64,000 nucleotides of DNA from Bacteroidia bacterium. GTDB taxonomy: Bacteria; Bacteroidota; Bacteroidia; 2-12-FULL-35-15. Shown piece by piece: positions 9,668 to 20,045 of the stretch. The position numbers and the translations under genes were made by a program. Every line of letters starts with the position of its first letter. Position 1 is the stretch's first letter. The notes below the pieces were generated by a model that saw only the letters and a program-made list of their open reading frames with translations, was not told the origin of the DNA and ran no database searches. The stretch spans positions 565 to 64,564 of the forward strand of contig DASWNK010000104.1 in the NCBI GenBank assembly GCA_036399275.1, read 5' to 3'.

Positions 9668-10509
9668 TGAGTTACGAATTTGTTCCGATCAGTACTGATG
9701 GTAATTCCATCAGAGAGATAGCGGCTTTATTAAAGCTTGTATTTCCTCAGGCAGACAAATACTCATTTGATTTTCTTGATTGGCAGTATCGCCAGAATCC
9801 TAATGGCAAAATAAGAGGTTTCAATGCTCTTTATAATGGCAAGCTGGCGGCTCATTATGCTATCATGCCAATTGTGGCCGATATTTTCGGGCAACCGGAG
9901 CGAGGGTTATTGTCGCTCAATACAGCTACTCATCCTGATCATCAGGGAAAAAGACTGTTCACTACTTTGGCAAACATGAGCTATAAAGCTGCCGGAAAGG
10001 AAGGATATGGTTTTGTGGTTGGTGTCGCCAATGCAAACAGCACTCCCGGCTTTGTGAATCACTTGGGTTTTCAATTGGTGGGCCCTTTGGAGGCAAAACT
10101 GGGGATAGGGGAAATTGTTCGAAAAGAATTGAAGGTTAGTCCGGACTTTATTAAGCGATGGAGCGAGCCTTCTATACAATGGCGAGTAGCGAATCCAAAA
10201 ATGCAGTACCAGATAAAAGGAAATAATGTTTTTTCGAAAACTGACAAACCCTTAATTAAAGCGATGTTAGTTGATAGCTCAATGGCTTTACCTCTTCAGG
10301 ATAACGTTGTCAACATAGGGTTCCGCCCGGTACAATTATGGATTGGCATTGATCAGTCGATTAACTGGAAGCGCTCTTTTTATTTCAATGTTCCGCAGAG
10401 TATGCGTCCTTCACCTTTGAATTTTATTTTTAAGGATCTTACTTCAGCAAGTAGAAAACTGAACATAAAAAATGTGCGCTTCAGTGCGTTTGATTTCGAT
10501 GCATATTAG
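9667..10509 (+). CDS. GNAT-family acyl/acetyltransferase
   Basis: 280 aa. GNAT-like core LSLNTATHPDHQGKRLFTTLANMSY ... GFVNHLGFQLVG. The start overlaps the upstream stop by 1 nt. Confidence 0.6.
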   Translation: MSYEFVPISTDGNSIREIAALLKLVFPQADKYSFDFLDWQYRQNPNGKIRGFNALYNGKLAAHYAIMPIVADIFGQPERGLLSLNTATHPDHQGKRLFTTLANMSYKAAGKEGYGFVVGVANANSTPGFVNHLGFQLVGPLEAKLGIGEIVRKELKVSPDFIKRWSEPSIQWRVANPKMQYQIKGNNVFSKTDKPLIKAMLVDSSMALPLQDNVVNIGFRPVQLWIGIDQSINWKRSFYFNVPQSMRPSPLNFIFKDLTSASRKLNIKNVRFSAFDFDAY

Positions 10510-10529
10510 GTTTTACATAAAGAAACAAA

Positions 10530-11342
10530 ATGAATCTTTTTAAAAAAATACGTTCTTATTTGCAGGAGCCTCGCTTGATCGGTGTTGATCCAGATAGCGA
10601 AGAAATGCTGCAGATTCATAGTAAGGTGCTTTACGAAAAGCCTATGATGCGCGGAGTCTTTGCTGAATTTTATGATACCTGTATTGCTCTGGATAAAAAA
10701 TATTTTGGCAAGAGCAATGCAAGCAGAATCGAAATTGGTGCTGGTGTAAGTTTCTTCAAAAAACAGTATCCCGAAATTATTTCTACTGATATTAAAAAAG
10801 CGGATAATCTCGACATGGTAGTCGATGCGCAAAACATGCCTTTTGAAAACAACAGTATAAGAGCAATTTATGGAATCAATTGTTTTCATCATTTCCCTAA
10901 TCCCGATCTTTTTTTTAACGAATTGGTTCGGGTATTGGAAAAAGGCGGTGGTTGCGTTTTGATCGATCCTTATTACGGAAGTGTTGCGAAGCGTTTTTAC
11001 AAAAATATTTTCGATACAGAAACATTCGACATGACGCAAAAGGAATGGAACAATTTGTCCCTGGGCTTTATGAACGGAGCCAATCAGGCTTTGTCTTACA
11101 TTGTTTTTAGACGCGATAAGAAAAAGTTTGAAGCGAAGTACCCTGATCTGGAGATTGTTGTTCAGAAGCCGTTGAATAATTACATGCGCTACATTCTTTG
11201 TGGAGGCTTGAATTTTCGGCAGATCCTTCCTTCCTTTTTTTCGCCAGTCATTAAATTTTTTGAATTTCTTTTCATTCCCTTCAATACTTTGTTTGCTTTG
11301 CATCACATTATTGTGATCAGGAAAAAGTCAACTTCTAAATGA
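10530..11342 (+). CDS. Class I SAM-dependent methyltransferase
   Basis: 270 aa. Motif I IEIGAGVSFF, DAQNMPFENNSIRAIYGINCFHHFPNP, and VLEKGGGCVLIDP. Confidence 0.75.
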   Translation: MNLFKKIRSYLQEPRLIGVDPDSEEMLQIHSKVLYEKPMMRGVFAEFYDTCIALDKKYFGKSNASRIEIGAGVSFFKKQYPEIISTDIKKADNLDMVVDAQNMPFENNSIRAIYGINCFHHFPNPDLFFNELVRVLEKGGGCVLIDPYYGSVAKRFYKNIFDTETFDMTQKEWNNLSLGFMNGANQALSYIVFRRDKKKFEAKYPDLEIVVQKPLNNYMRYILCGGLNFRQILPSFFSPVIKFFEFLFIPFNTLFALHHIIVIRKKSTSK

Positions 11343-11887
11343 AACAGCTTATTGATAAAATTATCAGGCCGCAAAGAAATCAACTAATTGTTTTTGCAGT
11401 TTTGGTTTCGCCTGCTGTTTTGTTAGTTGTGTACAACAGTGCTATGATGTTCATGATAGGCGATTCTTTTTTACAGGCTTTTGGAATGCTGCTCGCGTTT
11501 GTTTTTGTTGTTGCTTTTCTTTTTGATTGGAATTATAAGACAAAATTGAAATCATATGTGATGGTTACGGCCTTTTTGTTGGTAGCGTTTGTAATACTAT
11601 CAAAATATGCAGAAAGTTTCCTGAAGAGAAAAGCGGAAGAACAAGGTGCCATACTTGGGGAGTTGATTGAGGATTATAAGATTCGTTTTGGTAAATATCC
11701 GGAGAGTTTGGAGGCGGAATTTTTTATTGATTCGCCCAAGCGATCGTTTGTTGGAACAGAATTTTATACGGAAATATCATTTGAGACGCATAACAAAGAC
11801 ACCGTTTGCTATGTCAAGTTTAAATTCTTTGATGGTTATACTGCTTCCTATAATTCAAAGGAAAAGAAGTGGCATTATTACGATTAA
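11339..11887 (+). CDS. Hypothetical membrane protein
   Basis: 182 aa with three N-terminal hydrophobic helices followed by a soluble domain. ATGA overlap with the upstream methyltransferase gene. Confidence 0.45.
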   Translation: MKQLIDKIIRPQRNQLIVFAVLVSPAVLLVVYNSAMMFMIGDSFLQAFGMLLAFVFVVAFLFDWNYKTKLKSYVMVTAFLLVAFVILSKYAESFLKRKAEEQGAILGELIEDYKIRFGKYPESLEAEFFIDSPKRSFVGTEFYTEISFETHNKDTVCYVKFKFFDGYTASYNSKEKKWHYYD

Positions 11888-11899
11888 CGACGAAATGAA

Positions 11900-14152
11900 T
11901 TACTTCCCCGCTTTTCCTTTTCTTGAAACTTCCAGATTGTTTTTCAGCAGCTGATTAGCCGGGTTGATCAATAGTCCTTTTTCTCCCGCTTCAATAGCCT
12001 TGTCCCAAAGCTTCAGCATATTGTACGCCGAACAAATATTGTTATAAGCAGCATCTGAATTCGGATTGGCTTTTAAGGCAAGAACAGCCGCATCAGCACA
12101 TTTTTGAAAGCTTCCTAAATTATAATACAGCAAGCTCAGGTTGATGCAATTGGCTTCCGAAGGATCTTTTTTAATCAGTGTAAGCGCCTCTTCCACTTTT
12201 GCTTTTCTGGATAAGCCATCAGCCACATTATTTTTTGCAAGCTGATAATTGGAGTCGATTTTTAATGCTTCTTGTCCGGCCTTGCTCGCTTCATCATAAT
12301 TGCCAATCATATTATAGGCAGAGCAGATATTGTTATACGCTTCAATACAATCAGGCTTTAATTTGAGTGCTTCTTTTGCGGCTTCAATACATTTTTCATA
12401 GTGTTGTTTTTGATAGTGGGCCAGACTGAGTGAAATAAAATTATCTACACTGGGTTTTTCTTTTGCATTTAATTCCGCTAGTTGCAATTGATCGTTCACG
12501 CTTGCCGCCATTGCCTGCAACTCCTCGTAAATCGTTTTGTTGCCAATATGTCCCGGGCTTACTTTCAATCCGGCCCCTGATTGTTCCAAGGCATCTTTGA
12601 ACCTTCCTTGTGATTTCAACCAGGCGGAATAATAATAATAGCATTCTGGATTTCCTGGATCCAGATAAAGAGCTTGTTTGTAATTCAGCTCCGCCTGCTC
12701 CTGATCCCCCATCACACTTTTCAGTATTCCCATATTAATATGCAAATAAGCATAGTTCGGCAGAATTTTTAATGCACGCTCAAAACAATCCAGTGCAGCC
12801 GTATATTCCTGCTTGCGCATCTTTGCCAATCCATAATTCATTAGTCCCCGGCCATTGTTTGGGCTCTTGATAGTGACATCATACCATAAGCTTTCTCCCG
12901 AGCTCCATACTTTATTTCTTTGTCGTGTGCCGTAAGCATGTGCGAAGAGTAACAAAAGGGGGAGCATTATAAAAGCCAGCTTATAATTCAGTTTGTGTTC
13001 AACCAGTTCTCCGAATTTTATGACTATCAATCCAAAGGCCCACGCAGCTGCCATGGCCAATCCGATGTACGGAAAAAAGGTACGGTGGTCGTTCAGCACT
13101 TCCGCTAAAGGCATCACGGAAGTTGGCAAAAGGGCAAATAGGAACCAGGAAATGCCAAATGCAATAGGATATAATATTCTTTTGGTCGAGCAGTATACTG
13201 CTGTTGCGATCATTGCCAGAATAAAAAATGAGCCGATCAGCACGCGATCGTCAAATACGTTGTTAACTGGCGCCCAATCGGTATCGGCTGATAAATTCAA
13301 AGGCAAAATAAAATTGTTGAAGTAATGCACGATCACAAAAGGCTGCGTGATCATATAATTCCAGCGCGGGGTCAGGCCCGGAACGAACGTATCAGAAGCC
13401 ATTCTGCCTGACAGAATGAATAGCATCAAAACAAGAATGAATAATGGAAGTAATGTATATATCGCAGTAAAGCCTTCTTTCAAGCCTTTCCAGCTGAGCC
13501 ATTGTAAGATCGAAAGCTCTTTGGTAAATAACAGGATATAAATGAACAATAGAGGAGCTACCATAATGGTTGGTTCTTTTACAAAAAATCCGATTGTTAC
13601 CGGAATGAGGTATATGCATAGCTTTCTCCAATTTGGTTTGTAGAGGTAGATCACCAGGGAAAGAGCGATCATCAAGGTGGAAAAGGAATCGGAGCGGGCG
13701 ATCACATAATTTACGGTTTCGGCATTGGCGGCATGAAGGCTGTAAAATGCCGCACCAAACAAAGCGAAATAATTATTCCATTTATGCTCAAAGCTCTCAT
13801 TAAATAGCTTGAAGAATAAAAAGTAGAGTAAAATGCCAAGCAGCACATAACTGATAAAAATAGAAATGTGAAAATAGAAGGGTTGGGGCTCTGGCTTTCC
13901 GCCAATCCAATAATCAATAGCGTTTAAGGTCGTTAAGCCCGGTCGGTAAATCTGATTAGCTGGCAAAGAGCTGGTTGTACGGGCATCCATAAAAAAAGAC
14001 GGAATGTTCTTTAAACTTCGGATGGCGCTATTGTTCTCAATGGTATGCGAATCATCAAACTGGAAAGGGTTGTCAAAATGATTCCAATAAGCCCCTGTTA
14101 GCAGGAGCAGTGTAAAAAGGACGCAGGCATAAAATATAGGTTGTTTTTTCAT
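11900..14152 (-). CDS. Polytopic GT-C-type (TMTC/PMT_2-like) putative glycosyltransferase fused to C-terminal TPR repeats
   Basis: 750 aa. The N-terminal ~420 aa holds many TM helices and a first-loop acidic motif, NPFQFDDSHTIENN. The C-terminal ~330 aa consists of repeated TPR units (e.g. ALKILPNYAYLHINMG, YKQALYLDPGNPECYYYYS, ALKLKPDCIEAYNNICSAY). Confidence 0.7.
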   Translation of the reverse strand: MKKQPIFYACVLFTLLLLTGAYWNHFDNPFQFDDSHTIENNSAIRSLKNIPSFFMDARTTSSLPANQIYRPGLTTLNAIDYWIGGKPEPQPFYFHISIFISYVLLGILLYFLFFKLFNESFEHKWNNYFALFGAAFYSLHAANAETVNYVIARSDSFSTLMIALSLVIYLYKPNWRKLCIYLIPVTIGFFVKEPTIMVAPLLFIYILLFTKELSILQWLSWKGLKEGFTAIYTLLPLFILVLMLFILSGRMASDTFVPGLTPRWNYMITQPFVIVHYFNNFILPLNLSADTDWAPVNNVFDDRVLIGSFFILAMIATAVYCSTKRILYPIAFGISWFLFALLPTSVMPLAEVLNDHRTFFPYIGLAMAAAWAFGLIVIKFGELVEHKLNYKLAFIMLPLLLLFAHAYGTRQRNKVWSSGESLWYDVTIKSPNNGRGLMNYGLAKMRKQEYTAALDCFERALKILPNYAYLHINMGILKSVMGDQEQAELNYKQALYLDPGNPECYYYYSAWLKSQGRFKDALEQSGAGLKVSPGHIGNKTIYEELQAMAASVNDQLQLAELNAKEKPSVDNFISLSLAHYQKQHYEKCIEAAKEALKLKPDCIEAYNNICSAYNMIGNYDEASKAGQEALKIDSNYQLAKNNVADGLSRKAKVEEALTLIKKDPSEANCINLSLLYYNLGSFQKCADAAVLALKANPNSDAAYNNICSAYNMLKLWDKAIEAGEKGLLINPANQLLKNNLEVSRKGKAGK

Positions 14153-14268
14153 TATACGAATAACCTTTCACAGGCTTTTCCTGATCTTTTGAGTTTCAAA
14201 AATACATATTTTTCTTTCGATTTTGGCGAATCATACAAGCTAAATAATACTAACTTTACGCTCGGTAA

Positions 14269-15111
14269 ATGGCACTATTCGGACTTCTTAATAAATCGGG
14301 CACTACAAACGGCGAAATGTCCTTTTGGGGACATATTGACGCTCTGCGAGGACATCTGTTCCGCTCTGCAATTGTGGTGGTGCTGCTTTCGGGAGTGCTT
14401 TTCTGTTACCCCGAGTTTCTCTTTGATACCGTTATTTTCGGTCCGCTGAAAGACGATTTCCTCACTTATAAGGCATTCTGCAGATTAAGCCATATGCTCA
14501 ACCTGGGGGATGATCTGTGTTTCGGGCATTATACCTTCAAGCTCCAGAGTTTGGGCCTTGCTGATCAGTTCACCTCACAAATGTGGATTGCGTTCATTGG
14601 TGGTTTGATCCTTGGTTCACCTTATGTGCTGTGGGAAGTGTGGAAGTTTATTAAGCCTGCTCTGAAAGAAAGAGAGAAAAAGGCATCTACTGTATTTATT
14701 GTTTCCGCTACTTTGTTATTTGTGATTGGTGTTTGCTTCAGTTATTATGTGATCGCGCCACTGATGATCAATTTTCTTGGTAACTACAAAGTAAGCAACA
14801 TGGTGGAAAATAATTTCACGATGGACTCTTATATCTCTACCGTAACAACGCTTACGCTTTCTGCCGGGCTGATATTCGAATTGCCGGTCCTGGTCTATTT
14901 CCTAACACGGTTTGGTTTGCTTACGCCTCAATTTATGCGCAAGTACCGCAAACATGCTGTAGTGATTATCTTAATTGTTGCGGGAGTTATAACGCCTTCG
15001 CCCGATATTACTTCCCAGATACTGGTTGCATTACCCTTGTATTTCTTGTATGAAGCGAGTATCTTTGTTTCTTACTTTGTAGTTAAGAAAAAGGCGAGGG
15101 AAGTGGCTTAG
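14269..15111 (+). CDS. tatC: Twin-arginine translocase subunit TatC
   Basis: 280 aa. MSFWGHIDALRGHLFRSAIVV near the N-terminus and six TM segments, as expected for TatC. Confidence 0.9.
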   Translation: MALFGLLNKSGTTNGEMSFWGHIDALRGHLFRSAIVVVLLSGVLFCYPEFLFDTVIFGPLKDDFLTYKAFCRLSHMLNLGDDLCFGHYTFKLQSLGLADQFTSQMWIAFIGGLILGSPYVLWEVWKFIKPALKEREKKASTVFIVSATLLFVIGVCFSYYVIAPLMINFLGNYKVSNMVENNFTMDSYISTVTTLTLSAGLIFELPVLVYFLTRFGLLTPQFMRKYRKHAVVIILIVAGVITPSPDITSQILVALPLYFLYEASIFVSYFVVKKKAREVA

Positions 15112-15169
15112 GCTGATTTGTTGAAAGCTCCGCCGGTCAATTTTTTCCGTTAACAAAATCAATCAAACG

Positions 15170-15514
15170 ATGAGCAATCAAGTAAAAGAATTCAACGACT
15201 ATCGCGCTAAAATGAATGAGAAGATCATGTCGGCCGACAATATTGTATTAAAACGATTGTTCAACCTGGATACCAATACTTATGCAGAAGGCGCATTGCC
15301 GGTTAAAACGAAAGAACTATTAGGATTGGTAGCATCAATGGTGCTCCGTTGCGATGATTGTATAAAATACCATCTCGAAAAGTGTAAAGAAAACAATGTG
15401 AGTACGGAAGAAGTGTTCGAAGTGTTTGCCGTTGCAAATATTGTGGGGGGGACTATCGTTATTCCTCATACCCGAAGAGCTGTGGAGTTTTGGGAGGAAT
15501 TAAACAAAGCTTAA
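15170..15514 (+). CDS. Carboxymuconolactone decarboxylase (AhpD-like) family protein
   Basis: 114 aa. KTKELLGLVASMVLRCDDCIKYH (CxxC motif). Confidence 0.75.
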   Translation: MSNQVKEFNDYRAKMNEKIMSADNIVLKRLFNLDTNTYAEGALPVKTKELLGLVASMVLRCDDCIKYHLEKCKENNVSTEEVFEVFAVANIVGGTIVIPHTRRAVEFWEELNKA

Positions 15515-15517
15515 TTT

Positions 15518-18016
15518 TTGAAAAAAATAGTCATATACGCCCGCTGTAAAACAACTTTGCTCATAGCAATGCTGATTTTTGTTTTTTCTGCTGCTGCTGT
15601 TGCTCAAACAACAAAAGTAAGTGGAAAGATTGTGGATGCGATTACGCGTGAGCCATTACCCTTCGTAAATATTATTTTTAAGGGAACTGCTATTGGAGGA
15701 ACTACAGACATAGAGGGGAATTATTCGATATTCACAACGCTTCCCGTTGATTCGGTTTCTATTTCTTATGTGGGTTACAATAAGCTTACAAGGGCGATCA
15801 GGAGAGGTGCTGTTCAGGAACTTAATCTTGGGCTCAGTCAAGGAGTAGATCTGGTGACGGTTGAGATTCGCCCGGGAGAGAATCCTGCTCACCGTATTCT
15901 TAGGAAAATTATTGCGAATAAAGAGAACAACGATCGCGAAGAGTTGGATGCTTACGAGTATGAAGTGTATAATAAAGTAGAATTCGATCTTAATAACCTG
16001 AGTGAAGATTTTAAAAACAATAAACTTCTTCAGCCTTTTTCTTTCATCTTCGATAATATCGATAGCACCAACGCTAAAGAGAAACCCTACCTGCCTGTTT
16101 TCATGACCGAAGCCTTAGCGGATTATTATTATCGCAAGAATCCAAAAGCTCGCAATGAAGTTATCAAGGCCAGTAAAGTGGCCGGCGTAGAGAATTCCAG
16201 TGTTTCCCAATTCATGGGCGACATGTATCAGAATGTAAATATTTACGACAATAATATTCTGGTTTTTGGGAAAAATTTTATCAGCCCTATTTCTGATAAT
16301 GCTTTGCTCTTTTATAAGTTTTACCTGATTGATAGTATGGTGATCGATGGTCATAAATGTTATCAGCTTCAGTTTAAACCGAAAAGAAAACAGGAATTGG
16401 CTTTTGTTGGGAATCTCTGGGCGGCCGATACTTCCTTTGCGATTAAACAAATTGAAATGAGCATTGCCGACGATGCGAATATTAATTTTATCAATACCAC
16501 ATCTGTTGTGCAAACGTATACGCAGGTTGATAGCGCATGGATGATGCAAAAAGAGCGATTGGTGATCGACTTTAATCCATTCCCTATTGAGCAAAAGAAA
16601 AAATCATTAATGGGCATTTACGGTCGAAAAACCGCTGATTATAGCAATTTTAAGATCAATCAGCCAAGAGCGGACGAGTTTTATTCCATTACCAATAATT
16701 TAAAAGTAAATGCAGATGCATTTCAGAAAGACGAAGCATTCTGGGTCGAGCATCGTCATGATACTTTGTCGAAAAACGAGCAGCAGATCTATAAAATGGT
16801 AGATACGCTTCAATCGTTGCCTGTTTATAAAACCTGGATAGATGTGATTCAGATCTTTGTAACAGGATATAAAATTAAAGGCAATTTCGAATATGGCCCG
16901 TACTATAATTTATTCAGTACGAATGAAATTGAAGGAAACCGTTTTCGCTTTGGCGGAAGAACAAGTAATCAGTTCAGTAAGTGGTACGAGCTGAGCGGAT
17001 ATGTGGCGTATGGTACACGCGATGAAAAGTTCAAATATAGTTTGGGCATACGGGCGTTCATTACCAAGAAGCCAAGAGTGATGGTGGGCATGTATTATAA
17101 AAACGATAATGAAATTCTGGGGCAGAGCCAGAATGGATTTACTACCGATAATATTCTTGCTTCTGTTTTCAGAATCACGCCTTTAAGAAATTTAACAAAT
17201 GTAAAGCAGGTTAATACTTACATTGAAAGAGAATGGTTTACCGGTTTCAATACCAAGCTGAGCTTTGTAAACAGAACGATGATGCCACTTGGCGCCTTCC
17301 ATTATGAGTATCAGAAAGCTCCGGGCAAAACTGCCTTCAAAGAAAATATTACTACCTCCGAAATTCGTTTCCTTGCACGGTTGGCTTACAATGAAAAATA
17401 CATAGAAGGACAATTTACGCGTGTAAGTCTTGGGACGCATTATCCGATTGTTCAGGCGCAATACACATTAGGCGTTAAAAATCTTTTTGCAAGCGATTAC
17501 AATTATCATAAATTAACGGTGAATGTGGATGACCGCATCCGTGTCAATCCCATCGGCTATTTTGATTACATCCTGGAATATGGAAAAACCTGGAATCCGC
17601 TGCCTTATCCATTGTTGACGCTTCATGGGGGAAATGAAACCTATATCTTTGATTTGTATGCATACAATGGAATGAATTATTATGAATTCGTGAGTGATGA
17701 ATATGCTTCTGCAACCATTTCTCATCATTTTGATGGCTTTTTCCTGAACCGTATTCCCCTGATGCGCAAATTAAAATGGCGGGAAGTAGTGGGCGCGAAA
17801 GCACTTGTGGGTAGAGTGAACGATGCGAATAAGAGTATGTTGATATTTCCTGAGCATTTGACTGCCCTGAATCGTGGTCCGTATTTTGAAGCAACCACAG
17901 GCATAGAAAATATATTTAAAGTATTTAGAGTGGATGCAGTCTGGCGCTTATCCTACCTGGATAATCCAAAAGCAATTCCATTCAGTATAAAAGCATCATT
18001 GCAGTTTACCTTTTAA
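15518..18016 (+). CDS. Carboxypeptidase-regulatory-like domain / DUF5686-type outer-membrane protein
   Basis: 832 aa with a TTG start and a signal peptide. The N-terminal motif [39 protein letters not shown] is CarboxypepD_reg-like. The long C-terminal region is rich in beta-strand patterns and ends in F. Confidence 0.6.
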   Translation: MKKIVIYARCKTTLLIAMLIFVFSAAAVAQTTKVSGKIVDAITREPLPFVNIIFKGTAIGGTTDIEGNYSIFTTLPVDSVSISYVGYNKLTRAIRRGAVQELNLGLSQGVDLVTVEIRPGENPAHRILRKIIANKENNDREELDAYEYEVYNKVEFDLNNLSEDFKNNKLLQPFSFIFDNIDSTNAKEKPYLPVFMTEALADYYYRKNPKARNEVIKASKVAGVENSSVSQFMGDMYQNVNIYDNNILVFGKNFISPISDNALLFYKFYLIDSMVIDGHKCYQLQFKPKRKQELAFVGNLWAADTSFAIKQIEMSIADDANINFINTTSVVQTYTQVDSAWMMQKERLVIDFNPFPIEQKKKSLMGIYGRKTADYSNFKINQPRADEFYSITNNLKVNADAFQKDEAFWVEHRHDTLSKNEQQIYKMVDTLQSLPVYKTWIDVIQIFVTGYKIKGNFEYGPYYNLFSTNEIEGNRFRFGGRTSNQFSKWYELSGYVAYGTRDEKFKYSLGIRAFITKKPRVMVGMYYKNDNEILGQSQNGFTTDNILASVFRITPLRNLTNVKQVNTYIEREWFTGFNTKLSFVNRTMMPLGAFHYEYQKAPGKTAFKENITTSEIRFLARLAYNEKYIEGQFTRVSLGTHYPIVQAQYTLGVKNLFASDYNYHKLTVNVDDRIRVNPIGYFDYILEYGKTWNPLPYPLLTLHGGNETYIFDLYAYNGMNYYEFVSDEYASATISHHFDGFFLNRIPLMRKLKWREVVGAKALVGRVNDANKSMLIFPEHLTALNRGPYFEATTGIENIFKVFRVDAVWRLSYLDNPKAIPFSIKASLQFTF

Positions 18017-18027
18017 ATTCTAAGGAC

Positions 18028-18789
18028 ATGATCTTACGTACAGAAAATCTGATAAAGAAATACAAAAGTCGCACGGTGGCGAAAAATGTAACAGTAGAGG
18101 TGAAGCAGGGAGAAATTGTTGGACTGCTAGGACCGAACGGTGCAGGAAAAACAACTTCTTTTTACATGATAGTGGGAATGATCAAGCCGAATGACGGGAA
18201 GATCTATCTGGATGATAAAGACATTACCAACGAACCTATGTACAAGCGCGCTCAGCTGGGAATAGGATACCTTGCTCAGGAAGCTTCCGTTTTTAGAAAG
18301 TTGAGCGTGGAAGATAACATTCGCGCGATTCTTGAAATGACGAAGCTCAGTAAAGAAGAGCAACATGCGAAGCTGGAAGAGTTGCTGGATGAATTTCATT
18401 TGCAACACATTCGTAAAAATCTGGGTGATCGTTTATCGGGAGGAGAAAGAAGAAGAACGGAGATTGCCCGCTGTCTTGCAGCTGATCCGAAGTTCATTTT
18501 GCTTGATGAGCCTTTTGCTGGTGTTGACCCTATTGCGGTTGAAGATATCCAGGGCATTGTAGCAAAGCTCAAAAAAAAGAACATCGGAATCCTTATTACC
18601 GATCATAACGTTCAGGAAACACTGCAGATCACGGATCGTGCTTACTTGCTGTTTGAAGGGAGTATTTTGAAAGCAGGGACAGCGGAAGAGCTGGCCGGTG
18701 ATGAACAGGTGCGTCGGGTTTATCTTGGCAAAAATTTCGAGTTGCGCGGGAATAAGAAAACAGGCGACGTATATCCTTTTGCAAAATAA
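18028..18789 (+). CDS. lptB: LPS export ABC transporter ATP-binding protein LptB
   Basis: 253 aa. Walker [10 protein letters not shown], signature LSGGERRR, Walker [12 protein letters not shown], and an LptB-type C-terminal tail. Confidence 0.9.
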   Translation: MILRTENLIKKYKSRTVAKNVTVEVKQGEIVGLLGPNGAGKTTSFYMIVGMIKPNDGKIYLDDKDITNEPMYKRAQLGIGYLAQEASVFRKLSVEDNIRAILEMTKLSKEEQHAKLEELLDEFHLQHIRKNLGDRLSGGERRRTEIARCLAADPKFILLDEPFAGVDPIAVEDIQGIVAKLKKKNIGILITDHNVQETLQITDRAYLLFEGSILKAGTAEELAGDEQVRRVYLGKNFELRGNKKTGDVYPFAK

Positions 18790-19683
18790 TTACGGTCTGT
18801 AGCTGAAGGTAAGCAAGGTTGGCTTCCCTTTTTGTGCTTCATTGCTGATTAGCATGGTGCCGTCTGGAAAAAATGCCAAACCCTCGGCTTTATTGAATAA
18901 AGCCGGATCCAGCGTAATAAGGTTTTTAATGGCTCCTTTATTATCAAGTATCAATAATAATTTATCGTTGGCCGACAGAATGTAAATGTTTCTGTTAACA
19001 GGATGAACTGCAATTTCTGATGGCCTGAAATTAAATTCATCGCTTCTGTTGCCGGTTTTTTTATTCGTTTTATAGGGTATTGCGATGTTCAGCTTTCGTG
19101 CTGTTGCTTCAATATCCTCCACGTTTAATTTGAAAATCGGAACATTGTTCGGTACCTTTGTTTTTAGATCAAAGCTGTATATATGGCGAATGCCTTTGTT
19201 CTCTTTTTCCTTGCCTGGTTTGATCTTCGCCGCGATTAACAGGCGGTAATTTTTCATGTCGTAACACAGGCCTTCATTATTTTCGGAAGGCAGATTCAAA
19301 AAATACTCCTTGATTTTCATGTTAGGAGATCTGAAATCCGGATACTCTACCAGAACACCATCGCTTCGCAAAAGAAAAAGACTGTTTCCGACCAGTGTAA
19401 TGCCTTCAAAGTCTCCGGTTATTGCCGTTTTGTATTCTTTGGTGATGCTCGCTGTGCGGAGATCGTAAACATATACAGCTCCCAGTTCATCCTGAACACA
19501 GGCAATCTCATTTTCATTTAGGATGGTGATACCGGAAATTTCATTCAACGCTGCAGGCAGTGTATAGCTTTTTTCGGGATTTGCCAGATTATATTCTTCG
19601 TAAGGAGATAAACAAGAGGAGCAAACAAAAGCAAGGGTAGCAAGAGTAGCTGTTATAAAAATATATTTAATTTTCTTAAGCAT
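18790..19683 (-). CDS. SdiA-regulated/YjiK-like beta-propeller domain protein (secreted or lipoprotein)
   Basis: 297 aa with a signal peptide containing Cys residues (AFVCSSC). Motifs: LNEISGITILNENEIACVQDELGAVYVYD and NKAEGLAFFPDGTMLISNE. Confidence 0.5.
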   Translation of the reverse strand: MLKKIKYIFITATLATLAFVCSSCLSPYEEYNLANPEKSYTLPAALNEISGITILNENEIACVQDELGAVYVYDLRTASITKEYKTAITGDFEGITLVGNSLFLLRSDGVLVEYPDFRSPNMKIKEYFLNLPSENNEGLCYDMKNYRLLIAAKIKPGKEKENKGIRHIYSFDLKTKVPNNVPIFKLNVEDIEATARKLNIAIPYKTNKKTGNRSDEFNFRPSEIAVHPVNRNIYILSANDKLLLILDNKGAIKNLITLDPALFNKAEGLAFFPDGTMLISNEAQKGKPTLLTFSYRP

Positions 19684-19781
19684 GAGATAAAGATAAGAGT
19701 ATTTAACAGCTCAACTCAAAAATTAAGCCCTGACCGTTATATTCGGACAGGGCTCATAAATATTCTCAATAATCGTTCTGT

Positions 19782-20033
19782 TTAATTCTCAAATAACTCA
19801 AATTCATAAAATTCCATGATCTGGTTGGCAAGAAGTTTTTTGCAGGCTTCATCTACCTTAGTAGATGCAGCATCTTTGGAATCCGCTTCAATCTCCAGGG
19901 TTATGTGTTTGCCTATGCGTACATTTTCAATCTCAGGCAAGCCGAGGTTTTTCATGCTTCCTGTCACTGCTTTTCCTTGTGGGTCCAATAATGCTTTCAA
20001 CGGCATTACATCAATTTCTGCTCTGAATTTCAT
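19782..20033 (-). CDS. purS: Phosphoribosylformylglycinamidine synthase subunit PurS
   Basis: 83 aa. VMPLKALLDPQGKAVTGSMKNLGL, typical of PurS. Confidence 0.8.
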   Translation of the reverse strand: MKFRAEIDVMPLKALLDPQGKAVTGSMKNLGLPEIENVRIGKHITLEIEADSKDAASTKVDEACKKLLANQIMEFYEFELFEN

Positions 20034-20045
20034 TTATAGTATGTT

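Noticed and set aside
10506-11306. 266-aa ORF on the minus strand, antisense to the SAM-methyltransferase gene
   Set aside because: Its translation is low-complexity (Ile/Phe/Lys/Asn-rich) with no recognisable motif. The plus-strand frame carries clear methyltransferase motifs and fits the overlapping operon chain. It is most likely a shadow ORF allowed by AT-rich codon usage.
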